This document shows, piece after piece, positions 1 through 10,994 of a DNA stretch of 55,540 bases (its first letter is position 1; each line of letters starts with the position of its first letter). Under the pieces are notes generated by a model, which did no database searches, had not been told where the DNA came from, and saw only the letters and a list, made by a program, of their open reading frames with translations. The position numbers and the translations under genes were made by a program. Origin of the DNA: an uncultured Candidatus Poseidoniales archaeon (GTDB taxonomy: Archaea; Thermoplasmatota; Poseidoniia; Poseidoniales; Poseidoniaceae); assembly GCA_905182725.1 (NCBI GenBank), contig CAJJCQ010000016.1, forward strand, positions 1 through 55,540. Direction: 5' to 3'.

Positions 1-128
1 CATGCCTGTTCGATTTTTGGAAGTACTTCCTCATCGACCCATGCACGAACCATATCGCGAATCATGATTTCTTCTTCTGTAAGCAAGCTTTCAATATCGT
101 AGAAATCTAATCCTTCGTAAGGCTCCAT
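1..128 (-). CDS. Acyl-CoA dehydrogenase (glutaryl-CoA dehydrogenase-like), N-terminal fragment running off the window
   Basis: Manual translation MEPYEGLDFYDIESLLTEEEIMIRDMVRAWVDEEVLPKIEQA matches the acyl-CoA DH N-terminal pattern (LTEEE..IRD.VR); AGAGGA RBS-like sequence upstream; not in ORF track. Confidence 0.75.
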   Translation of the reverse strand, partial: MEPYEGLDFYDIESLLTEEEIMIRDMVRAWVDEEVLPKIEQA

Positions 129-245
129 ACTATCCTCTCAAGGTGCGGTCTTCACGGGGCTTCAAGAACCTAACCCTCTCTCCGCTAGATGAAAAGAACA
201 TTTGGCATGAAAGTATTCACGAGTCTTGTGAAAAAGAAGAGGTGA

Positions 246-1424
246 TTATTTCTTCTTCAATCCACGGAATTGCAAATATTTTCGTTGAAGATAGGGGCTG
301 TTCATGTAGATCAATCCTAAGACTACACCCGGGACAGAAATGGTGACTGCAGCCATGACCATAATGGACAGGAGGTCTAAATCTTCACCAGATACGCCTA
401 TTTTCTCAAACGACACAATGTTACCAAATGAAGTAATAATGAAGCCTTCTTGATGTGCATTCTCCCAAACGACCTCAAGTGAACGGCCAGCGACAACAGC
501 ATCCCATGCCATTGCATCCTCGGATACAATTTGGGCAAATGCTTCAGAGACCAACGGTTGTTGGCGAATTGTTGCAAATGGTGCCATGTGAATCAAAGTG
601 GTTCCGTCGTGCCCACGAGAGACTCCGGTGAAATCACCTTCCAGCGAGGAGAGTTGCATGATTGCTCGAGTAGTTGATTCACTGGCATCCACCATATCCA
701 GTCGAATCGCTTGAGTCCTCAATCCGCTGGCAAATCCGACACACTCATTCAACGTCGGGTCTGCACAATCTACACCGACCCAAGTGTCGCCACCGGTGCC
801 TGAAAGAAACGTAAGTTGATCATTCGTTGAAAGAACGGCAAGACCGTCATTCAGTGTTGCAACCACGCAAATGTTTTGGCTACGGTGGCAGGCGATATCG
901 CTTATCGAAGAACTACGTGTGTCGGCTATAGCAGTCATACCTGAGCCTTCATTAAACTTCCAAAGGCTTCCATCCGAGGCACCAAAGTAAGCATAATCAC
1001 CTGCAGGTCGCCATTCAACTGCAGTCATATTGAGCCCAATGATCGAACCTGAACCATTGACGGTCGTAATCGCATGGTTCTCAGTCGAATAACGCAGAGC
1101 AACCCCCATATCACCGGTAATCAAGGCTGTTTCGCCCCGTGGATGCCAAGAGACATCATGCAACGCAGCATTTCGTGCCGTACTCAGCTCCACATCTTGA
1201 CTTCGGTCTTCAGCATGAAGTGCAGAGACGCGATGTGCATAGCCGTTTTCTCCAACCAACAAGACTGACAAGCCATCCGGTGACATCTTCCCAGCATGGA
1301 TGCCAAGATCAGAATCTTCGAGAGAGCCAACCAATTTCAATTCAATCAGCGACTCAGGTTGCGCAGGTACTGCTGGCAAGAGTAAGATAAGCAGGCATAC
1401 GCCCAAGAAAAAGTGCCCTCGCAT
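246..1424 (-). CDS. Secreted/membrane-anchored WD40-like beta-propeller protein
   Basis: N-terminal signal peptide (FFLGVCLLILLLPAVPA), blade-like repeats (DVSWHPRG, AVEWRPAG..FGASDGSLWKF), C-terminal TM helix plus basic tail; start moved to ATG 1424. Confidence 0.65.
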   Translation of the reverse strand: MRGHFFLGVCLLILLLPAVPAQPESLIELKLVGSLEDSDLGIHAGKMSPDGLSVLLVGENGYAHRVSALHAEDRSQDVELSTARNAALHDVSWHPRGETALITGDMGVALRYSTENHAITTVNGSGSIIGLNMTAVEWRPAGDYAYFGASDGSLWKFNEGSGMTAIADTRSSSISDIACHRSQNICVVATLNDGLAVLSTNDQLTFLSGTGGDTWVGVDCADPTLNECVGFASGLRTQAIRLDMVDASESTTRAIMQLSSLEGDFTGVSRGHDGTTLIHMAPFATIRQQPLVSEAFAQIVSEDAMAWDAVVAGRSLEVVWENAHQEGFIITSFGNIVSFEKIGVSGEDLDLLSIMVMAAVTISVPGVVLGLIYMNSPYLQRKYLQFRGLKKK

Positions 1425-1531
1425 GATTTGCCCAATGCCAACTACAAAAAAACCCCTCCTACGCATTCGAACGAGTTTTTCTCATTCACCTCGACGGTGA
1501 GCCTTATGGCAAAGAGGCTCTTCGCAGATGT

Positions 1532-2056
1532 ATGGAGCGATTCGCAGTCAAGCGTGGTTTAGAAAAAGAAATTGGTGGGAATGCAGGGCTTGCACGTATT
1601 GCAACGACCTATTTCGACAACATCCAAGTTGATGCTGAAGGCATGTTTACTGGCACATTTGCCATTCTCACACGAATCAATGGCCACTTCGGCTCAGATG
1701 GAAAACTCGTGATGGATGTTGAACAAATGAAAGGTGGAGACCTCACAAGTTTCTTATCTGCTGATGGTGGACGTGAAAATGCAATGCTCTCCCGACATAA
1801 ATGGTCATCATTCCTTGATGAAGTAACAGGATACTCCCCAAAACAACGTGGCGATAAGGCAAAAGAAGATGCAAAGAAATTTTCCAAAGCAAAATCGGCT
1901 ATCAAGATGGCCTACAAAATGATGGAGATGAGTAAGACTGTCGACCAAGCCACCATTGATACAGCAAATACTATGATTGCTGAATTACAAGCAATGATCG
2001 ATTCTGGAATTCCTCCGTCGGAAGGAAAGGTAAAGAAACTCAACGACTTAATTTGA
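1532..2056 (+). CDS. Conserved archaeal protein (DUF5611-like)
   Basis: N-terminal F.VKRG and W..FLD..TGY..K.R..KAK motifs recalled for this family; function unknown. Confidence 0.55.
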   Translation: MERFAVKRGLEKEIGGNAGLARIATTYFDNIQVDAEGMFTGTFAILTRINGHFGSDGKLVMDVEQMKGGDLTSFLSADGGRENAMLSRHKWSSFLDEVTGYSPKQRGDKAKEDAKKFSKAKSAIKMAYKMMEMSKTVDQATIDTANTMIAELQAMIDSGIPPSEGKVKKLNDLI

Positions 2057-2069
2057 AAGAAGTGGTAAC

Positions 2070-3215
2070 ATGGGCATCGATTCAGTTCTCGAATCCTTTG
2101 TCGAAGAGAATCCACGTATCCTTGAATTAAATGAGCAACAACAACACCGACTGGCCTTGATGGTTGGCCAAGTTGACGAAACCGTTGGTATTGGCCATCT
2201 GGTGAATTGCTTGGCGGATAACACCAGCATGGCTGGTGATGGTGTGATACGCTGTTATGTCGGATTCGAACCGTCCGGAAAAGCCCACATTGGTTGGAAA
2301 GTTCTCTCCTTACAACTTCGAAGAATGTTAGAAGCCGATGCCAATGTACTCATCTTTTTGGCTGATTGGCACGCTTGGGTCAATGACAAATTTAACGGCG
2401 TCATGGAAGATATTCAAACGACTGCAACCTATATGGAAGAAACATTCCGTGCTTTACTCGGTCATCCTGAAGAAGGCGATGGACCTGGACAACTTCGTTT
2501 CATTTGGGCATCTGAAATAATGAGTTCTGGCGATTATTGGGCACGAGTTCTTCGCTGCTCCAAGGGCGCAACACTCGCAAAAGTTCGCAAAACATTCACC
2601 ATCATGGGCCGGGATGAGGCATCCTCTGATCACGACCTCTCCAAATTCTATTATCCAGCAATGCAAGCCAGTGATATCTTTGAAATGAAAATTGATGTTG
2701 CTCTTGGTGGCATGGATCAACGTAAAGCTCACATGTTCATGCGAGATGTTGCGACTCGATGGAATTGGGAAAAGCCAACCTGTTTACACACACCGATTCT
2801 TTCATCACTCAAAGCGGCTGGAGTCCGAATGGAGAGTTTTGACCACAAGATGAGTAAATCTGACCCTTCAGGCGCCATATTATTGCATGATGAAGCGAAA
2901 GCCCTTCGAAAGAAAATGCAAAAGCATGCTTACTTGAATCCCGAAGACCCGAATTCACCTGTCTATGAATTGGCTGAGCATGTCGTTCTACCAGAATGGG
3001 GGGAAATCATTGTCACTCCGAATCCAAAATTCGGCGAACCCTCGACTTGGAATGATCTTGAAGCATTCAAAGCAGCCGTAGTTGATGGCACACTTCACCC
3101 TCTTGACGCCAAACTCGGCGTAGCTGATGGTATTATCCGTGGCTTACAGGGTGTATCTGAACATTTCGAAAAGCACCCAGAAACGCTTGATGCTGTTTCA
3201 TCACTACGAAAGTGA
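2070..3215 (+). CDS. tyrS: Tyrosine--tRNA ligase, archaeal type
   Basis: YVGFEPSGKAHIGW (HIGH), ADWHA, YYPAMQASD, GGMDQRK, KMSKS. Confidence 0.95.
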   Translation: MGIDSVLESFVEENPRILELNEQQQHRLALMVGQVDETVGIGHLVNCLADNTSMAGDGVIRCYVGFEPSGKAHIGWKVLSLQLRRMLEADANVLIFLADWHAWVNDKFNGVMEDIQTTATYMEETFRALLGHPEEGDGPGQLRFIWASEIMSSGDYWARVLRCSKGATLAKVRKTFTIMGRDEASSDHDLSKFYYPAMQASDIFEMKIDVALGGMDQRKAHMFMRDVATRWNWEKPTCLHTPILSSLKAAGVRMESFDHKMSKSDPSGAILLHDEAKALRKKMQKHAYLNPEDPNSPVYELAEHVVLPEWGEIIVTPNPKFGEPSTWNDLEAFKAAVVDGTLHPLDAKLGVADGIIRGLQGVSEHFEKHPETLDAVSSLRK

Positions 3216-4082
3216 TTCTTCTTCAGATGAATCGACTTCGATATAATTTGAAAAGCCTTCTTCGACACTGTGGGCTCGTAAGTAAATCATTCGTCGAGTA
3301 TCTCGAATGAAATCGCGGTTAATCAACGGGTCAACAGCAACAACAGCATTGATGGTTAAGCAATCACTCTTGGCGAATTGTCCAACATTTTCATCGAACA
3401 CAACAACTTGGAAACTTTCCCCATTCTCTGCCATGCCGTTTTCCAACATAGTAGGAGATACAATTTCGAGGTATTGAACGTCTTCATAGTAGTTTTCTTC
3501 CGTCACCATCGAGATATCTGTTGGATCTTTATGGTACGACTTCGGTTTCTTTGTATCCATATTTGAAAGAATGATGTCGAGACAGGTTCGACAATATTTC
3601 ACTTTTTCACGTGGACGAGCTAAACGCTCTTCAATCGTCCACTTCGAATCGCAATCATTACATTTGTGAACACTGGTTTTGAGCCAACCAATAATCGGAC
3701 TTGTTGAAACAACAACTCCGTCGAAAGTGAGTAATCGAGTACGGTCTCGCATTCTTAGTTCACTTACTTCATAGGATCGATTACTAGGGAGGTTGATCAC
3801 ACGTATTACCGGGCGCGTTGACATGTTTCGGTCCGTATATTGCTCTTTAAGCACTTGATTCCCACAAAACAGGGTGGGGCCCATGTTTTCAGAAAATTTC
3901 ACTTGAAGACCATCATACTTCGCTAAATCATTCCATTCGACTTCAAAACCAAAAACAGGTTCGCCAATACCAGGGAGTGCATCGAGGTCGTTTTTGTAGA
4001 CCTCACTTTCAAACAAAAGTCTCCATGATTCAAGGGTACTTTGGGAATCTTCATCGGGTTCGGTTGGAGTTTTTTGCTTCAT
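3204..4082 (-). CDS. MCM N-terminal domain (OB + Zn finger) protein lacking the AAA+ ATPase
   Basis: IRVINLP...ELR...LLTFDGVVVSTSPI, CNDC...CRTC zinc finger, EDVQYLEI, final OB strands LTINAVV...IYLRAHSVE; ends with no Walker motifs. Confidence 0.7.
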   Translation of the reverse strand: MKQKTPTEPDEDSQSTLESWRLLFESEVYKNDLDALPGIGEPVFGFEVEWNDLAKYDGLQVKFSENMGPTLFCGNQVLKEQYTDRNMSTRPVIRVINLPSNRSYEVSELRMRDRTRLLTFDGVVVSTSPIIGWLKTSVHKCNDCDSKWTIEERLARPREKVKYCRTCLDIILSNMDTKKPKSYHKDPTDISMVTEENYYEDVQYLEIVSPTMLENGMAENGESFQVVVFDENVGQFAKSDCLTINAVVAVDPLINRDFIRDTRRMIYLRAHSVEEGFSNYIEVDSSEEESLS

Positions 4083-4268
4083 GGATTCTATCGGGCAGTT
4101 GAGACGGTTAAGAAACGTTTTGATTAGTCGTCATTTACTTACTTTATTCCATGCTGCCGGTGATCTGCAATTGAACGGGTCACTGCGAGTGAAGACCAAT
4201 GAATTGGTGTGCAAACGTTCAAGAATCCCTTTGAGGTGGTCAAGATATCCCTTGGGAGCGTCTCTGCT

Positions 4269-5006
4269 ATGGCCAACATTATCGTCCTCGTTAAACAAGT
4301 ACCTGATACCAATGCTCGCATCGTCCTTTCTGGCGACCGAGTCGACCTTTCTGCTGTCAAGAAAGTGATGAGTCCTTACGATGAATTCGCTGTAGAAACG
4401 GCACTTCAACATCGCGAATCAAGCGGTGGTGAAGTAACGGCAATTACCGTTGGCGGCGCAGGGGCAGACAAAGTATTGAAAGATGCAAAAGCCATTGGTG
4501 TTGACAATATTGTCCGTATTGATTGTGAGACTCCACTCGATTCCAATTCACTCCAATCAATTCTTGCATCCGTCATCTCAAGCCTTAGCGCTGAAGTCGT
4601 CTATTGCGGAAAATCTGCTGCAGATACAGGCGCAGGCTCAACTGGACCTGGACTCGCTGAACGACTCGGCTGGGCTTCTGTTTCAAACACAACAAGTGTT
4701 GAGTTTGGGGAACAACTCTCCGTAGTCACTCCATCTGCTGGAGGAAATGCACGAATCAATGTGCCTCTACCAGCAGTCGTCTCCTGTGATAAGGGTAACA
4801 TCAAGGTTCGAAAGCCAAATGTCAAAGGAATTATGCAAGCAAAGAAGGCCCAAGTCGATGTTCGTAGCGTTGATGTTCCTGCTTCGACCGTTTCGGTCGT
4901 AGCACACAGTATGCCCCCTGCAAAACCTGCAGGCAAATCTTACCAAGGTGGCGCAGCAGCAGCTGAAGTCGCTCAACTCCTCCGGGATGAGGCAAACGTA
5001 ATTTGA
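4269..5006 (+). CDS. etfB: Electron transfer flavoprotein beta subunit
   Basis: MANIIVLVKQVPDT, MSPYDEFAVETAL, CGKSAAD, RKPNVKGIMQAKK; ATG at 4269. Confidence 0.95.
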   Translation: MANIIVLVKQVPDTNARIVLSGDRVDLSAVKKVMSPYDEFAVETALQHRESSGGEVTAITVGGAGADKVLKDAKAIGVDNIVRIDCETPLDSNSLQSILASVISSLSAEVVYCGKSAADTGAGSTGPGLAERLGWASVSNTTSVEFGEQLSVVTPSAGGNARINVPLPAVVSCDKGNIKVRKPNVKGIMQAKKAQVDVRSVDVPASTVSVVAHSMPPAKPAGKSYQGGAAAAEVAQLLRDEANVI

Positions 5007-5016
5007 GGTGAAAGAA

Positions 5017-5949
5017 ATGACAGATACTATAGTAATCGCTGAAATCGTCAAGGGTGCAGTCCACCCTACAACTGCTGAACTCATCACTGCGGCTCTCGCA
5101 CTTGGATCTCAACCTGTTGTTGTTGTCCCTTGCACAGACGCAAGTGTTGCTGATGGCGCCTCCCAATTTTCAGGCGCAGCTCGTATTCTTGCTGCAAAAT
5201 CTGATGTGTTCTCAAACTATGATGCTGCAGGATGGGCATCGGCCCTTGATGCAGTGACACCAGCAGGTATCATCATCACCTCGGCCTCTCCACAATCAAA
5301 AGACCTCGCTGCCCGTTTGGCTGCTCGAAGAGGGATTTCGGTCGTACAAGATGTCGTACAAATCGAAGGTGGAAACTTGACTTCACCAATTTATTCTGGT
5401 AAGGCAATGCAAACTGTATCTCTCAGTGGAAATGCAGTCGTCACTGTTCGCCCGAATGTCTTTGCAGCAGCAGCCAGTGATGGTTCAACCGATGTATCGG
5501 TTGTCGACACGACTGGAAACGTCGCTACTGCGGTTCAAGAGTTCATGGCTCGTGCTTCAACACGTCTCGATGTGGCCGAAGCAAACATCATCATCTCCGG
5601 TGGAAGAGGAATGGGCTCTCCAGCAAATTTCTCTCACTTAGAAGCAATTGCTGATACTTTGGGTGCTGCAGTTGGTGCATCTCGTGCAGCAGTTGACACA
5701 TGGGATGACATCCCTCACTCGATGCAAGTTGGTCAAACTGGAAAGACTGTCAATCCGAATCTCTACATCGCTGTCGGAATCTCTGGCGCCATACAACACT
5801 TGGCTGGAATGCGTTCATCGAAGTATATCGTCGCCATTAACAAAGATGCTGACGCACCTATATTCCAACATGCAGATTATGGAATTGTAGCGACTTGGGA
5901 AGAGGCATTGCCTATTCTTCAATCGACACTTTCGACCATGATGGCGTGA
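5017..5949 (+). CDS. etfA: Electron transfer flavoprotein alpha subunit
   Basis: [50 protein letters not shown]; GAGGTG RBS before ATG 5017. Confidence 0.96.
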   Translation: MTDTIVIAEIVKGAVHPTTAELITAALALGSQPVVVVPCTDASVADGASQFSGAARILAAKSDVFSNYDAAGWASALDAVTPAGIIITSASPQSKDLAARLAARRGISVVQDVVQIEGGNLTSPIYSGKAMQTVSLSGNAVVTVRPNVFAAAASDGSTDVSVVDTTGNVATAVQEFMARASTRLDVAEANIIISGGRGMGSPANFSHLEAIADTLGAAVGASRAAVDTWDDIPHSMQVGQTGKTVNPNLYIAVGISGAIQHLAGMRSSKYIVAINKDADAPIFQHADYGIVATWEEALPILQSTLSTMMA

Positions 5950-6732
5950 TTAGGCATATCGCCCACGGCTGTAAACACCAGCACCAGCATCATCTCCAAC
6001 AAAGGGATTCGTTTGTTTTTCATGACCAATTGTCGTCAATGGACCATGGCCAGGGTACACGATGGTATCAGGTGCTAACGGCCAAAGTTGAGTATGAATC
6101 GATTGTGCGAGAACAGTAAAGTCTCCACCGGTGTCTGGCAAATCAGTTCGACCTACAGAACCCGCAAACAATGTATCTCCGACGAACAAATGATCTGGGC
6201 CATCATCAACGATGAGTCGAAGACAACATCCACCGAGCGTATGACCGGGAGTATGAAGAATTTCAAAAGTAAGTGCTCCAATCTCGAGAATTTCACCAGC
6301 AACTAAATCCACATCAGCTATTGCAGGTTCCGGGACTTCGAAACCGTACTTTTGGGCCGAAGAAGGAGCTAATGTTTGCAAATACGTATCATCGGGATGG
6401 AGATACCATTGAACATCATAGCGTTCCAAGAGGTCAGGGATGTGTCCACTGTGGTCAAAATGGGCATGGGTATTGACTAAGGCAACTACCTTTCGAGATG
6501 GAATCTTTTGTTGTATTCTTTCATTGTCTGATCGAGGGCCATTTGACCAATCCGGGCCATTACCGGCAAATCCATCAACCCAATCGATAAGACGTTCAGG
6601 TTCACCACCACCATCAATGATGATTGTATCACCTGTTGCCCGGTCAGTAACGATAGAACAGCGCATCTGTAAAACACCTACAAAGAAGTATTCGACCCAC
6701 GGTTTACTCACGCCCATGTCCATGCTAAACAT
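5950..6732 (-). CDS. MBL-fold metallo-hydrolase (glyoxalase II/YcbL-like)
   Basis: THAHFDH, HTPGHT, GDTLFAGSVGRTDLP, PGHGP; exact start uncertain. Confidence 0.9.
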   Translation of the reverse strand: MFSMDMGVSKPWVEYFFVGVLQMRCSIVTDRATGDTIIIDGGGEPERLIDWVDGFAGNGPDWSNGPRSDNERIQQKIPSRKVVALVNTHAHFDHSGHIPDLLERYDVQWYLHPDDTYLQTLAPSSAQKYGFEVPEPAIADVDLVAGEILEIGALTFEILHTPGHTLGGCCLRLIVDDGPDHLFVGDTLFAGSVGRTDLPDTGGDFTVLAQSIHTQLWPLAPDTIVYPGHGPLTTIGHEKQTNPFVGDDAGAGVYSRGRYA

Positions 6733-6754
6733 CTCCCCTTCAAGAGGCTAGGCC

Positions 6755-8389
6755 CTATTCAATCAAGATATGCAATGAATCACTCGACCATTGTCCATCA
6801 CGGTCACAAATGCGTAATTCAAAACGATGGCTTCCACGTGGAATCCGAACACGAACCTTAGCGGAAGAAGCAATTTCCTTACCACTACTCTCAATCCAAG
6901 ACCAAGTTTGAATACGATCTTGGGGGTCAAAGGAAGTTGAACCATCAAGGGTAACAATTGCGGAACCATCGGCGTCAGCTTTGAGATGCTGATCTTCACC
7001 AGAAACAGCACGTGGGACAAGTATTTCTCCGATTTCAGTGTTCAATTGCTCGAGGAGATCTTCTGAAGGTAAAAGTGCCATTTTAGTAATTGCATCATCA
7101 AGTTGAGTAAGTAGGTCCTCTGTGTCAATGTCAAGTGCTCCATCTTCAGTCACTTTCGGAGGTTCGCCAAAGTCGCCTTCGAGTGCACTGTGTAATGCTT
7201 CCAAGCCGACGTCGGCTGGTTGTGAGGTTTGCATTGATTTTAATTCTTCTTCTGTGAAAAATTCATTCATTGAATCATCTACTCTATAGAGTTCTTCCGC
7301 TGATAATTGTACCGTTTCCTCAGTCTTTTCAAACCACAAATTAAGTTCTGATGCATCGATTTCAAGAAGTTCCTCATTGAATGAAAACAATCCTATCGGC
7401 TCTATTTCGGTCCAATCATTCTGATCTTCACCCGCAAACAAACATACTGAGCCATCAAGTGAAGCTTCAATAAAATGAGGCATTCCTTGATGTTCAATTT
7501 TCCATTCACGCCCATCTGCGTTCAATCCATAAATGTAAAACCACGATGTTGCGGCAATACATCCATTTCGGAAAAGAAGTGTTTGAATCGGATAAGTGCA
7601 TGAAATTCGTGGTTCGGAGGTATAGGAGGATTGACCAGTAAGGTATTCAGTTACGTGGCCATCAGCAAATCCACAGTAGAGACCTTCGTTTGATGGAATC
7701 GCATGCAATAACTGACTCTTTACATCATCTCGGTGGACCAAGACTTGTTGTTTCAGATCCCAAATTTCGATTTCTAAAACCTCTTCATCTCCTGAAACAA
7801 GTGCATAACCTTCTCTCCCAATGACCAGATGATGATTGACATCTGAACCAAGACACGTGATTGATTCACCTGTTTCTCCACGAATTGGTCTTGACCAGAC
7901 CGTTTGTCCGTTTTGAAGGGCTTGAACTTGACCACTTTCGTGTGCTAAAATTAAGTATTCACCAATGGCTGTAAAGCGTAGGATATCAGAATATGTTGTT
8001 GGTAAATCGAAAGGAGTACCATCATAGCCAAACAGATGTAAACGTCCGAGTCCATCAATGACTGCGAGTTGTGAAGGTAATTGCTGTAATGCAAAACCGC
8101 CCGCTCCAATTTCAACTTGCCATAGGACTTTACCTTCGAGGTCTAAACAGGTAAGGCCATATTCATCATCTAAAACAAATATTTGATTACCACGCAATAT
8201 GGCTTTTCGAATCAATGCTGGTGCTTGCCATGAAGTCGAAGGGGCGAGAACTCCTTCTGAACTTTGAGCGATGAAGAGTTTACCATCACCTTCTGCCCAA
8301 ACAGCGACATCACCACCTATTGACATTGCCAAAGCACTCACCTTTGCTTCAGGTTGGAATGCGATATGCACCGAATGGGTACTGAGCAT
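6755..8389 (-). CDS. PQQ-like beta-propeller protein with acidic linker and C-terminal PKD-like domain
   Basis: Blades such as LTCLDLEGKVLWQV and VQALQNGQTVWSR; C-terminal VTLDGSTSFDPQDRIQTWSW...G.HRFELRICDRDG. Confidence 0.65.
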   Translation of the reverse strand: MLSTHSVHIAFQPEAKVSALAMSIGGDVAVWAEGDGKLFIAQSSEGVLAPSTSWQAPALIRKAILRGNQIFVLDDEYGLTCLDLEGKVLWQVEIGAGGFALQQLPSQLAVIDGLGRLHLFGYDGTPFDLPTTYSDILRFTAIGEYLILAHESGQVQALQNGQTVWSRPIRGETGESITCLGSDVNHHLVIGREGYALVSGDEEVLEIEIWDLKQQVLVHRDDVKSQLLHAIPSNEGLYCGFADGHVTEYLTGQSSYTSEPRISCTYPIQTLLFRNGCIAATSWFYIYGLNADGREWKIEHQGMPHFIEASLDGSVCLFAGEDQNDWTEIEPIGLFSFNEELLEIDASELNLWFEKTEETVQLSAEELYRVDDSMNEFFTEEELKSMQTSQPADVGLEALHSALEGDFGEPPKVTEDGALDIDTEDLLTQLDDAITKMALLPSEDLLEQLNTEIGEILVPRAVSGEDQHLKADADGSAIVTLDGSTSFDPQDRIQTWSWIESSGKEIASSAKVRVRIPRGSHRFELRICDRDGQWSSDSLHILIE

Positions 8390-8444
8390 GCATCGTAGAG
8401 GTGACTACCTCAATTAACCTCATCCCTTGCTTGCGTGGGACTGT

Positions 8445-9373
8445 TCATTCAATCCAAGAAGTTGTATCGGGATGAGGGCGGAACTTACTTGGCGCATTGA
8501 TATGTTGCCACAAAGATGCTTTTTCAGCCACCGTCCACCCACAGAGAGGTTCAAGCGTTGACAAAGGTGTCGTTTTAATTGCGGTTTCTCGTCGTTGAAT
8601 GTGTGGTTTAGCTTGTTCAAGTGTGAGACCAACCACCCCCCAGGCTGGTCGTTGAAACATTTGACCAGATTCATATTTAGTCCGACTACGAACTCCGAGG
8701 AAGGGGTCCCATTTCGAGAGTAAACTCACGAACTCAGGTTTTGAGTCAAGTATTGGAATAATTCGTGAACCACGGCGCATGATGAGAAACGAACTCATCG
8801 CATCTTCCTCGGTTTTCAGCTGAACTAAGACATCGCCTTGAACACCTGTAGGCAATCCACCTGGACCGGTATTCGTATTTCAATCGAAGAAACACTGGCA
8901 GATTCAAGAATAATCTTCACCCACCATTCTGGATTTGATAAGTCGACTGAAAGTGAAGGGTCTCGTTCAATTAATGCTGCACTGAGTGCTCTTGCATAGG
9001 ATTGTGAATCCCACTCACCTTTGGCCCCAAGCCGTTTGATTCGCACCCCAAAGGTTCTTTTTCCACCTACACGGTCATGTCGTTCAAGTAAAAGTTCGGA
9101 GATCAGGCCGGGGTCAAGATTTTCAGATAATTCCACGATACGATCCATCGCCACAATTCCCAATCCATGGCACATTAAATCCTCAACCATTTCTGTTGGA
9201 GCACTGGAATAGATGACATCAAATTCTCTCAATCGGTCTCGAATGAGAGGGACTGAGGAATCTTCAGCAAGCTGTATCAAGTTTTTTCGTAATGAACGTT
9301 GAAACGAACGTCGAACAACTTTGGATTTGAGACCGAACTCCCCAAAACGAAGAATCCAAGATTGTTGTGGCAT
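8445..9373 (-). pseudogene. ThiI-like THUMP-domain protein split by a single-base frameshift near 8868-8879 (pseudogene or assembly error)
   Basis: ORF 8825-9373 has LRFGEFGLKS..VRRSF and THUMP (TFGVRIKR..VDLSNPE); the ThiI motif GPGGLPTGVQG continues in another frame into ORF 8445-8855. Confidence 0.75.
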
Positions 9374-9382
9374 TGAAAAGCC

Positions 9383-10924
9383 TTAATCAGCTGTATCGTT
9401 GTGCATATCTACGATTTCATCATCTTCACTGGATTCTTCTTTCGCCAAATCATTGCGAGAGTTGAACAGTTTTTCGAGATAGGCATCGTCAATATCACCA
9501 GTGATGTATTCGCCATTGAAACAACTTGTATCAAATCGAGTAGGAGGGTTTTCACCAATTGATGTTGCTTCAATCAAATCTTCAAGCGTTTGGTAAAAGA
9601 GTCGGTCACTGCCAATGATGGTATTGATCTCATCAATGGTTTTTCCATTTGCAATAAATTCAGTGATTGCTGGCATATCGATCCCATAGACATTCGGATG
9701 GCGAACAGGAGGGGCTGCAGATGCAAAGTAGACTTTCTTAGCACCGACATCACGCGCCATCTCAATGATCTGCGCACTGGTTGTACCACGAACGATGGAA
9801 TCGTCAACCAGAAGAATATTTTTACCCGAAAACTCGTGTTCAATAGCATTGAGTTTACGTCGAACGGATTTTTCTCTCAACGCTTGACCTGGCATGATAA
9901 ACGTTCGACCGACGTACCGGTTCTTGACAAAACCTTCACGGTAAGGCACATCGAGTGCATCAGCCATTTGAAGAGCAGCAATTCGTCCTGAATCAGGTAC
10001 TGGAATGACTGCATCTATGTCATGGTCTGGCCATTGTTCAAGAATACGTTTAGCCAATATGTCGCCTTGATTCAAACGGGCATGGTAAACGGAAATTCCA
10101 TCAATCACTGAATCGGGTCGAGCGAAGTAAACATGTTCAAATATACAGGGTGAGGCTTCAACTTCCTCAGAGCATTGGCGATGGAATAAATGGCCTGAAG
10201 TCGAAATGAAAATTGCTTCACCAGGTTGAACATCACGAACAATTTCAAAGCCAAGTGCAGTGATAGCTACCGATTCACTGGCAACCATCCATTCTGTTTC
10301 ATCGCCAATTTCCCGCTTTCCGAAAATGAGAGGGCGGATTCCATGAGGGTCACGGAATGCCAACAGACCGTAGCCAGAAATGATGGAGACGCAGGCATAA
10401 CTTCCCTTCACTCGCTTATGGAGATTCGAAACGGCACCAAAGACGGATTCGATATCCAGATGAGGTGCACCTTCGATTGAAAGGTTGGATGAGTGGGAAG
10501 TCAGTTCAACTGCAAGCATATTGAGTAAGAGTTCTGAATCGCTTGAGGTGTTCATGTGGCGATGGTGATTATCGGTAAGTTGAATTTGAAGTTCTGAGGC
10601 ATTGGTCAAGTTTCCATTGTGCGCAAGTCCAAGACCGTAGGGGGAATTCACGTAGAACGGCTGTGCTTCTGAACGAGAAGAAGAGCCTGCGGTGGGATAT
10701 CGGACATGGCCGATTCCAATATGGCCCTGTAGTCTACGCATGTGCCGGGTGTAAAAAATATCTGAAACGAGGCCTTTGGACTTCCGCAATCGGAATTGAC
10801 CGTCAAAATCAGTCATGATACCGGCAGCATCTTGACCACGATGCTGAAGAACAGTGAGTCCGTCATAGATCAATTGATTGACATGGACATTGTTACGCCC
10901 GACGATTCCAATGATTCCACACAT
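9383..10924 (-). CDS. purF: Amidophosphoribosyltransferase
   Basis: N-terminal [34 protein letters not shown] motif [19 protein letters not shown]. Confidence 0.97.
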   Translation of the reverse strand: MCGIIGIVGRNNVHVNQLIYDGLTVLQHRGQDAAGIMTDFDGQFRLRKSKGLVSDIFYTRHMRRLQGHIGIGHVRYPTAGSSSRSEAQPFYVNSPYGLGLAHNGNLTNASELQIQLTDNHHRHMNTSSDSELLLNMLAVELTSHSSNLSIEGAPHLDIESVFGAVSNLHKRVKGSYACVSIISGYGLLAFRDPHGIRPLIFGKREIGDETEWMVASESVAITALGFEIVRDVQPGEAIFISTSGHLFHRQCSEEVEASPCIFEHVYFARPDSVIDGISVYHARLNQGDILAKRILEQWPDHDIDAVIPVPDSGRIAALQMADALDVPYREGFVKNRYVGRTFIMPGQALREKSVRRKLNAIEHEFSGKNILLVDDSIVRGTTSAQIIEMARDVGAKKVYFASAAPPVRHPNVYGIDMPAITEFIANGKTIDEINTIIGSDRLFYQTLEDLIEATSIGENPPTRFDTSCFNGEYITGDIDDAYLEKLFNSRNDLAKEESSEDDEIVDMHNDTAD

Positions 10925-10994
10925 TGCTTTGCCTCAACTCCATCGAATACTCGACGCTTTGTAGCCATTGCGGCTTAGAAACATATCCTGAGCC

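Noticed and set aside
8868-8879. Programmed ribosomal frameshift in the thiI-like gene
   Set aside because: No X-XXY-YYZ slippery site or evident stimulatory structure; an indel is more parsimonious
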